Made by a program: the position numbers and the translations under genes | In this document: positions 28,601-37,334 of the stretch, one piece after another | Layout: every line of letters starts with the position of its first letter | Numbering within the stretch: the first letter of the stretch is position 1 | Origin: an uncultured Desulfovibrionaceae bacterium | GTDB lineage: Bacteria; Desulfobacterota; Desulfovibrionia; Desulfovibrionales; Desulfovibrionaceae | Assembly: GCA_964368845.1 (NCBI GenBank) | Contig: CAYJDF010000002.1 | Span: 1 to 60,355, forward strand | Length of the DNA stretch: 60,355 bases | Direction of reading: 5' to 3' | The notes under the pieces: model-generated | What the model was told of the DNA's origin: nothing | Database searches by the model: none | Seen by the model: the letters and a program-made list of their open reading frames with translations, nothing else

Positions 28601-28948
28601 TGCTCCTGCAAGCATAGCTCCAGTTTGAGGTAAAGCTCTGTTCACAAATTGACTCATGTATCCTGGAGCTTGTTGTTCTACTACTGAATTATCCACAGAT
28701 ATAGGTGTGTACTGTTGCATATACGCATCGGCATTATTAAGAATAGCCAAACGCTGAGCGTGTTCTTGTTGTGCCAATGCTTCTGCCTGAGCTTGTTGTT
28801 GTGCCTGTTGCTGTTGAAGCATAGCAGCCATCTGTGCGTAATGAGCGTTAGTGGATGCTCTATTAGCGTCACTGTATTGTTGTATCATTTGATACTGTGG
28901 ACTAGATGTATCAAAATTGTATGGTACTTGCATAAGCACTGACTCCAT
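22622..28948 (-). CDS. Giant (2108 aa) multidomain virion / ejection protein candidate
   Basis: Uninterrupted ORF. Contains a Q-rich N-terminus, Gly-zipper hydrophobic segments, coiled coils, an HEGVSH motif at 25943-25960 and a long conserved-looking alpha-rich C-terminal part. Start overlaps the upstream stop (TAATG). Confidence 0.85.
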   Translation of the reverse strand: MESVLMQVPYNFDTSSPQYQMIQQYSDANRASTNAHYAQMAAMLQQQQAQQQAQAEALAQQEHAQRLAILNNADAYMQQYTPISVDNSVVEQQAPGYMSQFVNRALPQTGAMLAGAGGAIADFVGADGTRDYLLEAANSLNTYAQENAPRQVADIRDIDSLSSFGTWAAETAVDLAPSILGTIASGGLGAVAGGSAAATSMLTNTLAKKAAEYAAKGLSKEAAEQAAKSFVKSRAAQAAALSYTGVQETGSAYIDNVASHGVDAASSGRAMLTGAASAAVTGLMGLEMPLIRAFTGVPVKEAVEQAVKGILSRGVAMGALREGGEEAFQQTLQALNATISDERIGQFTPEEGWQILNAAAAGAVLGAPAGALNQYKTNNSIRQQQAIAKQIEDAKKLEGASPANTDLNAAPDLLDPNDPNNITTPAQRAQIRLADITAKTDAAIEAFDTEVMARRQGLVNMISNATQTLSLYQDNPTVEILQMDVRKRKAEINKAKRELINASTAVAKLDEEYEAKRQEVIDASLKESEKAYADMGAEAAIAQANQYYADPFIYDSLSQQGKQAIDYVTMQRNKFDEQSAMIRLRIQQTDAQLRSSKALSDIRVAKVLQQEKKILEKELADIDKASRRLSTAANNIRTMLSYPTKKFSPETLDAQIKSIQNTKLPTSITDADSLVDPATFSVFDGLTNIVNEEQQNFAQQMSDRLQAIQDSSLMSQNIAQPNQYPLRSVEQNQRPDFSPTWSSFTPLESTPDTFLGGVEGAMSPMSSFQNASDSFLQEVPFMQAAPTVQQGSIPVQGDMFYQQQPTVVPNTMPSRAQLALSQDATPVRTNGAIPMPLGQQDVQLQAQQALARQAYLAEQQGIQNTGIFPAQEASGTAIPMNAGQVRPAIPEQTTTSTSGRQQERGILRGTTNAARKVYSLLQSSLKQLQGLGRVTVVVDRVSDVPGLDVDATSYGAYDPRTNTLYLFGENIEAGARAFGNKNPSKNMKDIVARAIVHEGVSHFGLSVLLNPTERRAFLGGVQRAFKDDPRYQAIKQQYDSVYQGPDKELAIAEEFVSKLAEGKTAQQLLEGMPSGKEKGKLAQWLNSLQNLFRKVLQKIGVADVTEADIMAVLRMSAANLANNTTFAVQSSPLVEGAVSSLPPTSGLTNTEKAERALEDGSPLSTFRNVDRSKLAETLREQIDDALRPIERVMQSIKKAGGFLTEKTNIYKLLENMPNAQFSAMKLFETTYMEPLYNAIINLVPQGTDASIAYAMLGDYVTAKASLERNQVKGTDVEGAVWNNEKSQKIIQDLQSPQMDIAYEAYQQMNEARLRIIEDNALLPKEQTDAWRALYEHYAPLKTWESIMKQDNPQWLSSEGRRQISNAARLDKIGANAAGTTGDIDNAVTHAIMQCFDVIALKHKVEIDRALLQLMEQNPSITDFFEVAEIYEPEKGLPVTRVLDSEGVVKFKKHKTASTLNPGKTVTLIGDGGKKIRVVMHDDGFRNAYTKDNVARLGSVLRAMANLRGKLSRLFTVYNPMFWARNPLRDVMTAMLSASDIAHQLQRLGIPVTSTIGRKILVEGFGKMWKSSSVTQAIYRAELANGVVDMSKLDASSKEYMQYYDAYQRYGGKTTYFSTGGYEQIMKDVVKNLQDRKPSTRKQAARAWIGNVGKHMEAISDALENQTRYIAFVEIVKMLKADGKNPDGSRMTDDAIYKRAANYASNLTVNFSRKGAAAPIFDSLYMFASANIAGNARLLQSMIRKNKETGEVDRNHLSKFFTLPVLAYMAQATLARGLMGEDEDGINKYDKIPEYVKASNIIIPMSDGTYLTIPVAYGLNIFWNLARNIVDGGYAAATGGVGPSLTDAMTSSVTAGFDNFTPMGSISSEGWTAFVPTIFRPLAQLSSNKNFAGNPIMPNSTHLVRGELPDSQKSWSTTGEGFKIIAEAMNSFTGGSTTRSGLVDVSPETLDHLINSYLGGFGRIASSMMNEVIKVQQGDFSVDDALKLPFVSAFVRTQQPSDTTGIFAKARTELQTQINTVEQAKVNPNLTTAERLEIIRDNQAGIRAERFLNRAQKQLNDLRSTEKALANNKKLTPEIRNKRLEQLEKRKQTIMQSVIKRSQELGVRF

Positions 28949-30165
28949 TATTCGTAAATGTTTCTAGATACAGGATAGTCTTGCACACTAAAGGGCCACA
29001 TAATGCTAGATGCTGCACCACCACTAGGAATAACCCTTGGTGTAACACCATCTACAGGTGGCTGTACTGTGGTAGTTATATTAGGAAGTACTTTAGGTAC
29101 AACTACTGGTGCATTCTCTGGTGCTATAAGAGGATTAGTATCAGGATTAAGTGCTAGACTAGGGGTAGGTGCTGCCATGATAGGAGCTACTCCGTAATTA
29201 CCAGACAGTGCTTGTTCAAAAGACTGTTGTGTATTACCCATAAACTGTTGTCTACCAATTGATACAGCATCATCCACAGAAAGACTCCCACCACTTTGCT
29301 TGTAAGCATTGGCCGAATTAGTGTGAATAGTATTTGCTGTGTTATTGATGTTAGCTCGTATTTGACTATCTTGTACAGGAGAACCGTTGGCATCATATAT
29401 CTGACCGTCTTGTTCCGTATACCCTAGTATTTGTAATGCTGCTTTTTGAGCTTCTTCTCTAGAGAAACTTGCATCTTGTCTATCAAAACCTCTAAACATA
29501 TTTAGTGCATCTGGAGAACTACCTTGGCCTCCAGAAGAACTACCGCTTCTACCTCTAGAGCCACGACCACCATAGCCGCCCATCATACCCATAGCTAATT
29601 TAAATAACTCTTGTTGCTGTTTAGCGTACAATGTATCTGCTCTACCTTGTTGCTGTGCATACAGTTGAGCTTGTGCTTGTTGTTCTGCTGGAAGAGTATT
29701 ACGTAATTGATAAAGATTTCTAGCGTTATCCATAATAAGACTGTTACGTGCAGACACACCAGTAAAGACTGGTTGTGGATTAGTAAGATTACCATTGGCA
29801 TCTTGAATGTATAGTACATCTCTACCATTGTTATCTTTACCATGCACATAACTCATACCTTGAGGTAATGGATTAAGTTTATTTTTAGCGTTAATATAAT
29901 CTTGTACAGTATTTACATTACCTATATTGTGTACTTTAAGTAGAGCTTCATTAGCTGCTTGAGTAAGAGGTAGCACTGTTTGTAAATTATTCTTATCTAT
30001 CTGTCTTTGTAGCTCTGCATTTTCAAGACTCTTCCAGTACTCTTGTGTCTTAAGATTATTCATAGTCATTTGATTAAACGCATCACTTACAGAGAAGCCA
30101 GACTTGATTCCTTCCATAACTCTATTACCAGGTACACCCCAGCTTCCATCAAAAGGATTATTCAT
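28948..30165 (-). CDS. Low-complexity (Q/G/S-rich) internal virion protein candidate
   Basis: ORF with a GGYGGRGSRGRSGSSSGGQGSS tract; lies next to the giant gene. Confidence 0.7.
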   Translation of the reverse strand: MNNPFDGSWGVPGNRVMEGIKSGFSVSDAFNQMTMNNLKTQEYWKSLENAELQRQIDKNNLQTVLPLTQAANEALLKVHNIGNVNTVQDYINAKNKLNPLPQGMSYVHGKDNNGRDVLYIQDANGNLTNPQPVFTGVSARNSLIMDNARNLYQLRNTLPAEQQAQAQLYAQQQGRADTLYAKQQQELFKLAMGMMGGYGGRGSRGRSGSSSGGQGSSPDALNMFRGFDRQDASFSREEAQKAALQILGYTEQDGQIYDANGSPVQDSQIRANINNTANTIHTNSANAYKQSGGSLSVDDAVSIGRQQFMGNTQQSFEQALSGNYGVAPIMAAPTPSLALNPDTNPLIAPENAPVVVPKVLPNITTTVQPPVDGVTPRVIPSGGAASSIMWPFSVQDYPVSRNIYE

Positions 30166-30174
30166 ACACTTCTC

Positions 30175-31068
30175 CTACGTACTTGAGGTAGCACTGGAAC
30201 CGAATGCTCCTGCTGGATTAGACATATTATATTCTGGGAATAGTCTATCCATGCCACCCATGATACCACCAAAGGCACTGCCTATTCCTCCCCACATATC
30301 TCCGCCACTACTAGATGAACTAGAAGAAGAACCGTATCCGTAGCTACTACCGCCACCAGATGTGCCGTAGTTAAAGTTACTAACACTCATGCCTGGTTGT
30401 ATCTGACCTTGATTGTAAAGCATTGAAGGATTGGTGTACCAATTGTTAGCTTCCATTTGTCTTTGAAGAGAGGTGTCTTCTGCTTGCCACGCTGCATTAG
30501 TACGTGCTCCTGCTTGAGCCAGAGCTTCATTGTTGCCCATAGTAGATGTGTAGTTTACATATGCTCCACTGTTAGGATTAATTCCCATAGTGTTCATCTG
30601 TCTCATGTCTTGGTCACGTTGATTGTCGTATGCAGCAGACACATCGGCAGAGGCTGTTGTACGATATCTATCTCTTAATACGTCTTCACCTTCTGTGAGT
30701 CTACGAATAACATCTTTTTTATTTTCATCAAGAGTAGGATTAGTTTCAAAAGCCAGCTTAATTAAATCATTACCACGCCATAACTGGTAATCTCTCATGA
30801 TTTGTTCGTAAGGTCTAGCTGCTTCTAAGTCTTCTTTGTAGTATTGAGCTAACTGTTCTTCAATAGGCCAGTAATAATTTTGGTATAAATCTGAATACTT
30901 ATCCAGAGCTTGGTATTGAAACTTAGTGCTATCAATACCCAACTGTTTTAGTGCTCCTGTATATTCAGAACTTTCTCCACTGCTACTGCTACTGCTACCA
31001 AGCATACTACCTAGTCCAGATATTAGGCCACCGCCTATACTTGCTATAGCACCCCACATATTATGCAC
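30175..31068 (-). CDS. Gly/Ser-rich internal virion protein candidate (start GTG 31068 or ATG 31059)
   Basis: G/S-rich termini (GGGLISGLGSMLGSSSSSSG; GGGSSYGYGSSSSSSSSGG). Confidence 0.7.
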   Translation of the reverse strand: MHNMWGAIASIGGGLISGLGSMLGSSSSSSGESSEYTGALKQLGIDSTKFQYQALDKYSDLYQNYYWPIEEQLAQYYKEDLEAARPYEQIMRDYQLWRGNDLIKLAFETNPTLDENKKDVIRRLTEGEDVLRDRYRTTASADVSAAYDNQRDQDMRQMNTMGINPNSGAYVNYTSTMGNNEALAQAGARTNAAWQAEDTSLQRQMEANNWYTNPSMLYNQGQIQPGMSVSNFNYGTSGGGSSYGYGSSSSSSSSGGDMWGGIGSAFGGIMGGMDRLFPEYNMSNPAGAFGSSATSST

Positions 31069-31201
31069 CTACCTTAGAGTTAAGTTCATTGATAGCAGAC
31101 TCTAACTTTTTAAAACTTTTGTGTAGTTCTATGTAGTATTGATGTACTTCTGCCGTGAGTCCACCAGGAATAGATGGTAGTTTAATTTCAATTTTATTCA
31201 T
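31061..31201 (-). CDS. Small hypothetical protein (46 aa, below the track cutoff)
   Basis: Hand translation gives MNKIEIKLPSIPGGLTAEVHQYYIELHKSFKKLESAINELNSKVGA. GGAG SD lies inside the upstream gene's end. Fills the only gap in this operon. Confidence 0.55.
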   Translation of the reverse strand: MNKIEIKLPSIPGGLTAEVHQYYIELHKSFKKLESAINELNSKVGA

Positions 31202-31204
31202 ACA

Positions 31205-33064
31205 CTACTCCAGTTCTCCTATACTAGATGCTACTTGTACTCTAGTAATAGGCTCTGTGCTTGTTAAAGTTATATAGTAAGAGTCCCCTCTAAATCCAGC
31301 AGGTAGTCTGAACGGCCTGTTATTGTAAACTTTTTCAACGTGCCGTAATACATCGTCTACGTATAAATACAATAAACACCAGTCATCTCCCACGATAGTC
31401 TTATTCTTGTCGTGAGTATTAGCATCACCATTAATGCAGAAAGTGTTAACCTGATTACTATTCAAAGGATTGTGTGATTCTTCATACACAAATACTGGGC
31501 CAGGAGATAGGTCTAATCTACCTTCATGGAAGTTTACTTTACCTGCACTGAGATTAAATAATCCTGTGTTATCTAAAAATGTTTTAGATGTCCAAGTATA
31601 AGCACGTCTTCTATAAGGAGAGTCAGCGAAGGATGCTATAATGTGAGAGTTATCTGTGTTATGTTTGTATATCAAGTATAAAGAGTTATCAACTAAATCA
31701 TTGAAGATACCTGTTGCACTTTGTGATATACCTACCATACCTCTTTCCATCTCATTAAAGTCTATAACATAGCCTCTAAGGTCAAACGTATCAGATGTAC
31801 TAGACGCAGAATCCCAGAACATAACGTACTGTCCTCTGTGCATAGCCGCTCTAATAGTGTGAGGGCCTAGCTTAATCCACTCTACATCTGAGATAAGAGG
31901 TCGTGTTACTAATGAAGCACCGTTACCTGTTATTCTTATAAGACCATACTTAGTTGCGTATATGCAAGCGTTGTCTATAGACACAATGCTTTCTTTAGAT
32001 ACACAAGCATGGGCGTCTTGGATAGGAGTAAGGAATGCTAGAGAAGGGTCACTAGTATTTAATAAATATGTAATAGCATTGGTACATACAACCAAGGTAT
32101 TTCCAAAAGCCCCTAGTCCCACTATGCTGTAATCTGATGGATACTTAAAAGCGTCTGGCCATGCATGTCCTTGATAGGGTACAGATAGATATACTGTGTT
32201 ATCTTTAAACCCTGCCAGTACACCATTGCGCATTGACACAATACCCTTGAGGTCATCAGGTGGAGCTGTCCACCCTATGTTCTCAGGAACTTCTCCGAGG
32301 TCTTCTCCTCGTTTAGTATCTAAATATGATACCGTATTATTGGCTGTATCATATGTAACACCCTCTACCACTTCTGCTGTAGGTTTAATAGGAAAGTCTA
32401 TTACATATCTATAAGATGCTTCTCCTGAAGATGTTACAGAAGACCTGTATACATACACTCTATTTACATTGTGACCTTCTTCAACATCAGTCTTTATATT
32501 ACTTATAAGAATTGAAGCGTCTGTTTTAGTATCTATATACGTAAGGTCTCCGTTAAGTGCTGGAGAAGATATATCTCCAAGGTCTATCTTCTCAGAGTCC
32601 CATACCCTAGCGTAAGATATAGCGTATGTTCTAGTTTCTTCTGAACCACTACCTGCTGTTTTTATAGAGACAGAAGGAGCTTCTGGTTTAGGAACAGCTA
32701 CTATATAAGAATTAGTAGAATCAATTGTTTGTTGACCTTTCTTTAACGTATCACTATCAAATACTCTAAATGTGTCTAGACCTGTAATAAAAGTTCTATT
32801 AGTTAAATCATCTAATACTCCACCTTTACACACGTCAACTTTAGTATCAAAGAACAACCATTGTCCACTACCATCAGACCTATAGTGTCTATAGAAATCT
32901 GGGTAAGCTTTATCTATACGTTGTATTATAAGGTCTTCTCTGTATGCTTCTAGACCATTACTCGTTACTCTACCATCTACTAAGTTTTGTGCTGCTGTTC
33001 TGTCTAATGTATAAGCTGTGTATCGAGGAAACATACCTACGAAAGATGTTAGAGATTGTATCAT
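31205..33064 (-). CDS. Virion structural protein (619 aa; tail / nozzle candidate)
   Basis: Size and position in the tail module; no motif recognised. Confidence 0.7.
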   Translation of the reverse strand: MIQSLTSFVGMFPRYTAYTLDRTAAQNLVDGRVTSNGLEAYREDLIIQRIDKAYPDFYRHYRSDGSGQWLFFDTKVDVCKGGVLDDLTNRTFITGLDTFRVFDSDTLKKGQQTIDSTNSYIVAVPKPEAPSVSIKTAGSGSEETRTYAISYARVWDSEKIDLGDISSPALNGDLTYIDTKTDASILISNIKTDVEEGHNVNRVYVYRSSVTSSGEASYRYVIDFPIKPTAEVVEGVTYDTANNTVSYLDTKRGEDLGEVPENIGWTAPPDDLKGIVSMRNGVLAGFKDNTVYLSVPYQGHAWPDAFKYPSDYSIVGLGAFGNTLVVCTNAITYLLNTSDPSLAFLTPIQDAHACVSKESIVSIDNACIYATKYGLIRITGNGASLVTRPLISDVEWIKLGPHTIRAAMHRGQYVMFWDSASSTSDTFDLRGYVIDFNEMERGMVGISQSATGIFNDLVDNSLYLIYKHNTDNSHIIASFADSPYRRRAYTWTSKTFLDNTGLFNLSAGKVNFHEGRLDLSPGPVFVYEESHNPLNSNQVNTFCINGDANTHDKNKTIVGDDWCLLYLYVDDVLRHVEKVYNNRPFRLPAGFRGDSYYITLTSTEPITRVQVASSIGELE

Positions 33065-33072
33065 AGCATCTC

Positions 33073-33969
33073 CTAAATTATTTTCATAACATACGTAAGC
33101 GCATAGTACGAGGGTAGTGCAGAGAACTCAAAGTCTACATCAGGCATATCGTGTGCGTGAGGAAGAGTGCCTCCATCAGTACCACCATCTATTGATGTAT
33201 TGTTGTAGCCACCATAGGCTGCTCCAGGAAATCCTCCTGGTGCTACATTCATAGACGTAGCTTGATGCGCATAGTGCCAATGCGGAGGTATTTCATATAT
33301 GGTAAGAGCATGTGCTCCTGTTTTACCACCACTCACATGTACTACATGGGGGTCATTACTACCACCTGTGGTATGTGGATAATGCTCTGTTGATGCTCCT
33401 ATTACGAACTTATCACGTAAGTCTGGAGTACCATTAGTACCATCACATATATGGTATTCTTCTAGCTTTACTCCATCTTCATCAACGGGGTGTCCATCTA
33501 AAGTATTTCCACTATACAGTTGAATAAATCCTTTGGGTACACCAAACAGTTTGATGTGCGCAGGTACTAAACATGCATCGTCAACGATACCCTCTAACAC
33601 TTCGTCTTCTGTAGCTATGCGTATACGTCCTGCTTCTGTAGTAGAAGCTGCTATTTCATTAAGTACATGCATAAGACTTCCTGCTGTGAGCCTATGTTCA
33701 ACCATAGAGTTGATAGGAAAGTCTAGTGCTGCTGTACCTTCTTGTGCTCTTTCTACTGTGAATGTAGCCTCAACGTCATCTCTAGATACTACTTTAACTA
33801 TTTCAAGATTAGCATTGCTATCACCAAGAGTAAGCATAAAATAGTCTGTAGCATCATCTAACGCAGGAAACAAGAACATCGTGGGTGGAGCTACACGAAG
33901 TAACGTACTTTCTGGAGTAATAGCTTCAATAAGATACGTACTAGCATTATTACTAAATTTAATATCCAT
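33073..33969 (-). CDS. Tail-collar domain fiber protein
   Basis: CDGTNGTPDLRDKFVIGA matches the phage tail collar motif (G..PDLRG.F). GGAGGA SD upstream of ATG 33969. Confidence 0.7.
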   Translation of the reverse strand: MDIKFSNNASTYLIEAITPESTLLRVAPPTMFLFPALDDATDYFMLTLGDSNANLEIVKVVSRDDVEATFTVERAQEGTAALDFPINSMVEHRLTAGSLMHVLNEIAASTTEAGRIRIATEDEVLEGIVDDACLVPAHIKLFGVPKGFIQLYSGNTLDGHPVDEDGVKLEEYHICDGTNGTPDLRDKFVIGASTEHYPHTTGGSNDPHVVHVSGGKTGAHALTIYEIPPHWHYAHQATSMNVAPGGFPGAAYGGYNNTSIDGGTDGGTLPHAHDMPDVDFEFSALPSYYALTYVMKII

Positions 33970-33970
33970 C

Positions 33971-34477
33971 CTATCCTCCAATAAATGCATCTAAGTTTAT
34001 GGCTCTATTTTCTTGTTTAGCTAAAGTAATCTCTTGCATGATTTCGTTTTGATACACAAACATCATATCAAGATACTGAATAAACTCAGGAGCAAATTGT
34101 CCTGTTGTAGAATCTAGCATAGGGTCATTACGATATACTACGTCTTCTGTAATGAATAGTTTAAGAATTGTAGGATTACTCATGCACCATTGCCATATAG
34201 TTTCAAAAGTAATGGGTTGTACAGTAGGATTTACTGCTGCCATTGCTGCTGTAAATTCTTCTACCATGTTTACAAAAGTAGACTTAGGCATAGACAAGTC
34301 CCTCGCCAATATTGTAATATCTTTAATTACAGGTGTTCCTGTAATAGTGTAAACACCTTCAACCATTTCTATAGATACAGTAAAATCCTTTTGAGGATTA
34401 CTGTTATAGTTGTTACACCACATAGCAGCAGTAGGTGGATACTTGCCTTCAAAGGTTTGTCCTATATAAAAATCCAT
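33971..34477 (-). CDS. Hypothetical tail-module protein
   Basis: ORF between two fiber genes. Confidence 0.65.
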   Translation of the reverse strand: MDFYIGQTFEGKYPPTAAMWCNNYNSNPQKDFTVSIEMVEGVYTITGTPVIKDITILARDLSMPKSTFVNMVEEFTAAMAAVNPTVQPITFETIWQWCMSNPTILKLFITEDVVYRNDPMLDSTTGQFAPEFIQYLDMMFVYQNEIMQEITLAKQENRAINLDAFIGG

Positions 34478-34510
34478 ATTATTTCCTTCTTAAGTAACTA
34501 AATAAGACTA

Positions 34511-37075
34511 TTAGTAACCATGTGATACGCAGGTGCAGTTTTGAAAAGATTGTGAGCTATTTACTCCATACACACGAATAGTACATGAGTTTGAAGTTAC
34601 GTTATAATAGTTATAATAACCCACAGAAGCTGAAGAGGCAGTGTTACCCACTGCACCAGAGATACTATAATTCGTAGATGTAAAGGGTATTAGCCATGAA
34701 ATATTAACATGCGGATACGGCCCAGGTGGAGCTACTGTGTGTACACCCTGTTCAATAAATCCATCACTCCATACTCTATACCAACTACCGCCAGCGGCAT
34801 CTTTTTCTTCTGGTGTTTTAGGGTAGTAATCGACTATACTCACAGGCCCTGTCGATGGTTCAGCACATATGATACGTGGTACACCATCACTATACGTAGG
34901 TGTAACAGTCATTATGTCATGTAATGCAGGATAATCGCTAGTATTTACACCGCCATCTCTTAACCAACCCTCTGGTGCTGGAACGTTATCATACCACTCC
35001 ATTATAGAACCAACAGGTACATGGTGAGGTTTGATGTATGTATACGCATCTAATCTTGTTAATGCGTAACCTTGTTGTGCAGCTTCAGAAATAGTAAAGG
35101 AAGTATCTCCAACAACAATCTTTCCAAATTTAGAAAAATTTAATTCCTTGTTTATTAGATACAAACGTTGGTAATCTATTAACGGATTCTCTTCAGCAAG
35201 ATTGTGAAGTACAACACCTTTTAATTCTATATTATCAGTATCAGATTCAAAGTATACAGATACTCTTTCTGCTAAAGGTAGAGTATAGTGTAGCGTCGTT
35301 GCACTGTTAGGTGCTAAGTCTACAGTTCTATTAAACAATGTTACGGGGTTATTCTGGTAAGAATATCCAAAGTAAACTAATCGTACTCTATTGATAGTAC
35401 AATCTCCTGAATACACAGTCATTGCATTAGTCGTGGGAAGGAATCCGCTTTTAAATGTAGAAATCATGGCACTATTTGCAGCGTATGTGACTGTGGTACT
35501 TCCGACATTTATACCTAGTCCTAAATCTGCCACGTTTCCACTAGTTGGAGCTGCTCCACTTGGAGTAGAACCACCTGAGCTAGACCACGTTACACCTGTT
35601 GTGTTCGGAACCTGTAATAAAAAATCTTCAGACATCAACGAAGAATTAAAGTGTCTTTGAAGTTCTACGTTATACGCATCAGCGTCAGATGTATCGGCAG
35701 TTATGTTGTGTGTTCCGTTGGTTGTAAGTGACCCCATAAAGAGCACAGAACTTTTTACTTGTATCTTTGAGGATATATCTAATGCAGCTTGTACATCATT
35801 GGAATTAATGGCATTATCTACTTTACCGTTAGACACAGTTAAACCAGAACCTATTTGTACAATACCTTTCATATTGTTACTAGCTACAGGAAGGTCTTCT
35901 GTAGAACCGCCACTACCACTGGGGCCTTGTAGGTCTACGTATTCACCCCAAGAACCATCTGGGTTTTCAAAGCGTAGAGAAGTTCCTTCCCACGTATGTT
36001 CTGGTGGTAACCCATTAGCACCATTAGACCCGTTAGTTCCTGCATCACCTTTATCACCTTTTGGTGCTGTAAGAGTTACAGGTGTAGGATTTGGTAAAGA
36101 GCCATCATTAGTCCATGAAATTTCTATTTCGTTAGCAGACACGGAATCTACTACGGGTGTGAACGTTGTCCCTTCAGAGCCGCTTCCACTCTGCACATTA
36201 ATGTTTCCTGTACCTAAAAGAGATTCACCATTAATTGTTTTAATAGTAGTTCCAGATACTAAAGTATCTTGTTTACGAGCAAGTCCTGTATTAAGTGCAT
36301 TTTGTGTAGCAGTAGATACTGGCTTAGCAGTATCAGATGTATTATCTACACTACCCAAACCTATGTCTGCTTTATCTAAAACAACTACACCAGTTTGTCC
36401 GTTCACACTATCAACAGCACCGCCTCCTGAACCACCAGTACCGTCTTGTCCTTTAGGTATACCAAAATTAAATACTGCGTTAGTTTCATTTCCAACGTTA
36501 GTTACTGTAGCCTTACTTCCAGCAGGAAGTGTTGTAGTAATACCTACATTAACTGTAGCTGCTTTACCATCTGCACCATCCACTCCTGCTTGTCCTTTTG
36601 GTAAAGTGACAGTGTATGGTGGTGGAACAGGAGCATCAGCTTGGTCAGCTATCCAAGATACTGTTGCTGTTTCAGGAGTTGTTTGTGTAAACACAGGAGC
36701 AAACGTCACTCCATCTTTTCCGTCTACACCTTGGATACCAGTCTGTCCTCGTAGGTCAACCAGAGGGCCCCAGCCTCCTGTGGGCAATTGCCACTGTAAG
36801 GCGTAGCCTAACCATTGGTGTAAAGGTATAGGGCCTTGTTCACCTTGAGGGCCTATAGCTGCACTTATGTCATTAGCGTTGATAACTATTTTATTTTCGT
36901 CTTCTGTAAGATATACGTTATCCCCTGCAACCACTTGGTATCTAGATAAAAAATCTGCGTCATTTAATAACTGTCCTGTTCGTTCAGGATAATAAGATAC
37001 TTGTAGTTCTATAGGTAACGTTTCTACATTACTAGTTGTCAAAGATGCGTTCTGAGTTTGCATAGAATTCCGCAA
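34511..37075 (-). CDS. Tail fiber with collagen-like G-X-Y stretches and duplicated modules (ATG 37063 is an alternative start)
   Basis: GPQGEQGP, GQTGIQGVDGKDG, PKGDKGDAGTNGSNGANG; tail-fiber motif GLGSVDNTSDTAKPVSTATQNAL. Confidence 0.8.
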   Translation of the reverse strand: MRNSMQTQNASLTTSNVETLPIELQVSYYPERTGQLLNDADFLSRYQVVAGDNVYLTEDENKIVINANDISAAIGPQGEQGPIPLHQWLGYALQWQLPTGGWGPLVDLRGQTGIQGVDGKDGVTFAPVFTQTTPETATVSWIADQADAPVPPPYTVTLPKGQAGVDGADGKAATVNVGITTTLPAGSKATVTNVGNETNAVFNFGIPKGQDGTGGSGGGAVDSVNGQTGVVVLDKADIGLGSVDNTSDTAKPVSTATQNALNTGLARKQDTLVSGTTIKTINGESLLGTGNINVQSGSGSEGTTFTPVVDSVSANEIEISWTNDGSLPNPTPVTLTAPKGDKGDAGTNGSNGANGLPPEHTWEGTSLRFENPDGSWGEYVDLQGPSGSGGSTEDLPVASNNMKGIVQIGSGLTVSNGKVDNAINSNDVQAALDISSKIQVKSSVLFMGSLTTNGTHNITADTSDADAYNVELQRHFNSSLMSEDFLLQVPNTTGVTWSSSGGSTPSGAAPTSGNVADLGLGINVGSTTVTYAANSAMISTFKSGFLPTTNAMTVYSGDCTINRVRLVYFGYSYQNNPVTLFNRTVDLAPNSATTLHYTLPLAERVSVYFESDTDNIELKGVVLHNLAEENPLIDYQRLYLINKELNFSKFGKIVVGDTSFTISEAAQQGYALTRLDAYTYIKPHHVPVGSIMEWYDNVPAPEGWLRDGGVNTSDYPALHDIMTVTPTYSDGVPRIICAEPSTGPVSIVDYYPKTPEEKDAAGGSWYRVWSDGFIEQGVHTVAPPGPYPHVNISWLIPFTSTNYSISGAVGNTASSASVGYYNYYNVTSNSCTIRVYGVNSSQSFQNCTCVSHGY

Positions 37076-37334
37076 CTCCTTTAGCTGTTTGTTTTATACC
37101 GTTACCATGGAATACAGCTACATCCACAGTATTCTTATGAGAAAATAGTTTACTTTCGTCTGATGTGAAACTTAACAATACAGGAAATGTAGGATTAATA
37201 TACTCTCTCTGTATCACACCAATTTGTACAATCATTTTATTTATAACTACATTGGTATCATTTTTTATATCAATGCTTATAAAATCTGGAAGAGTATCTC
37301 CCTTTGTTATTGTCATACAGTTTCTCCTAAGCAA
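37032..37334 (-). CDS. Hypothetical small virion-module protein
   Basis: ORF in the operon; overlaps its neighbours. Confidence 0.55.
   Translation of the reverse strand: MLRRNCMTITKGDTLPDFISIDIKNDTNVVINKMIVQIGVIQREYINPTFPVLLSFTSDESKLFSHKNTVDVAVFHGNGIKQTAKGVAEFYANSERIFDN

Noticed and set aside
35703-36806. 367-aa plus-strand ORF antisense to the tail fiber gene
   Set aside because: It is a Pro/Ser/Val-rich product typical of the antisense of GNN-rich (collagen-like) coding sequence. It has no SD and lies entirely inside a well-supported 854-aa gene.
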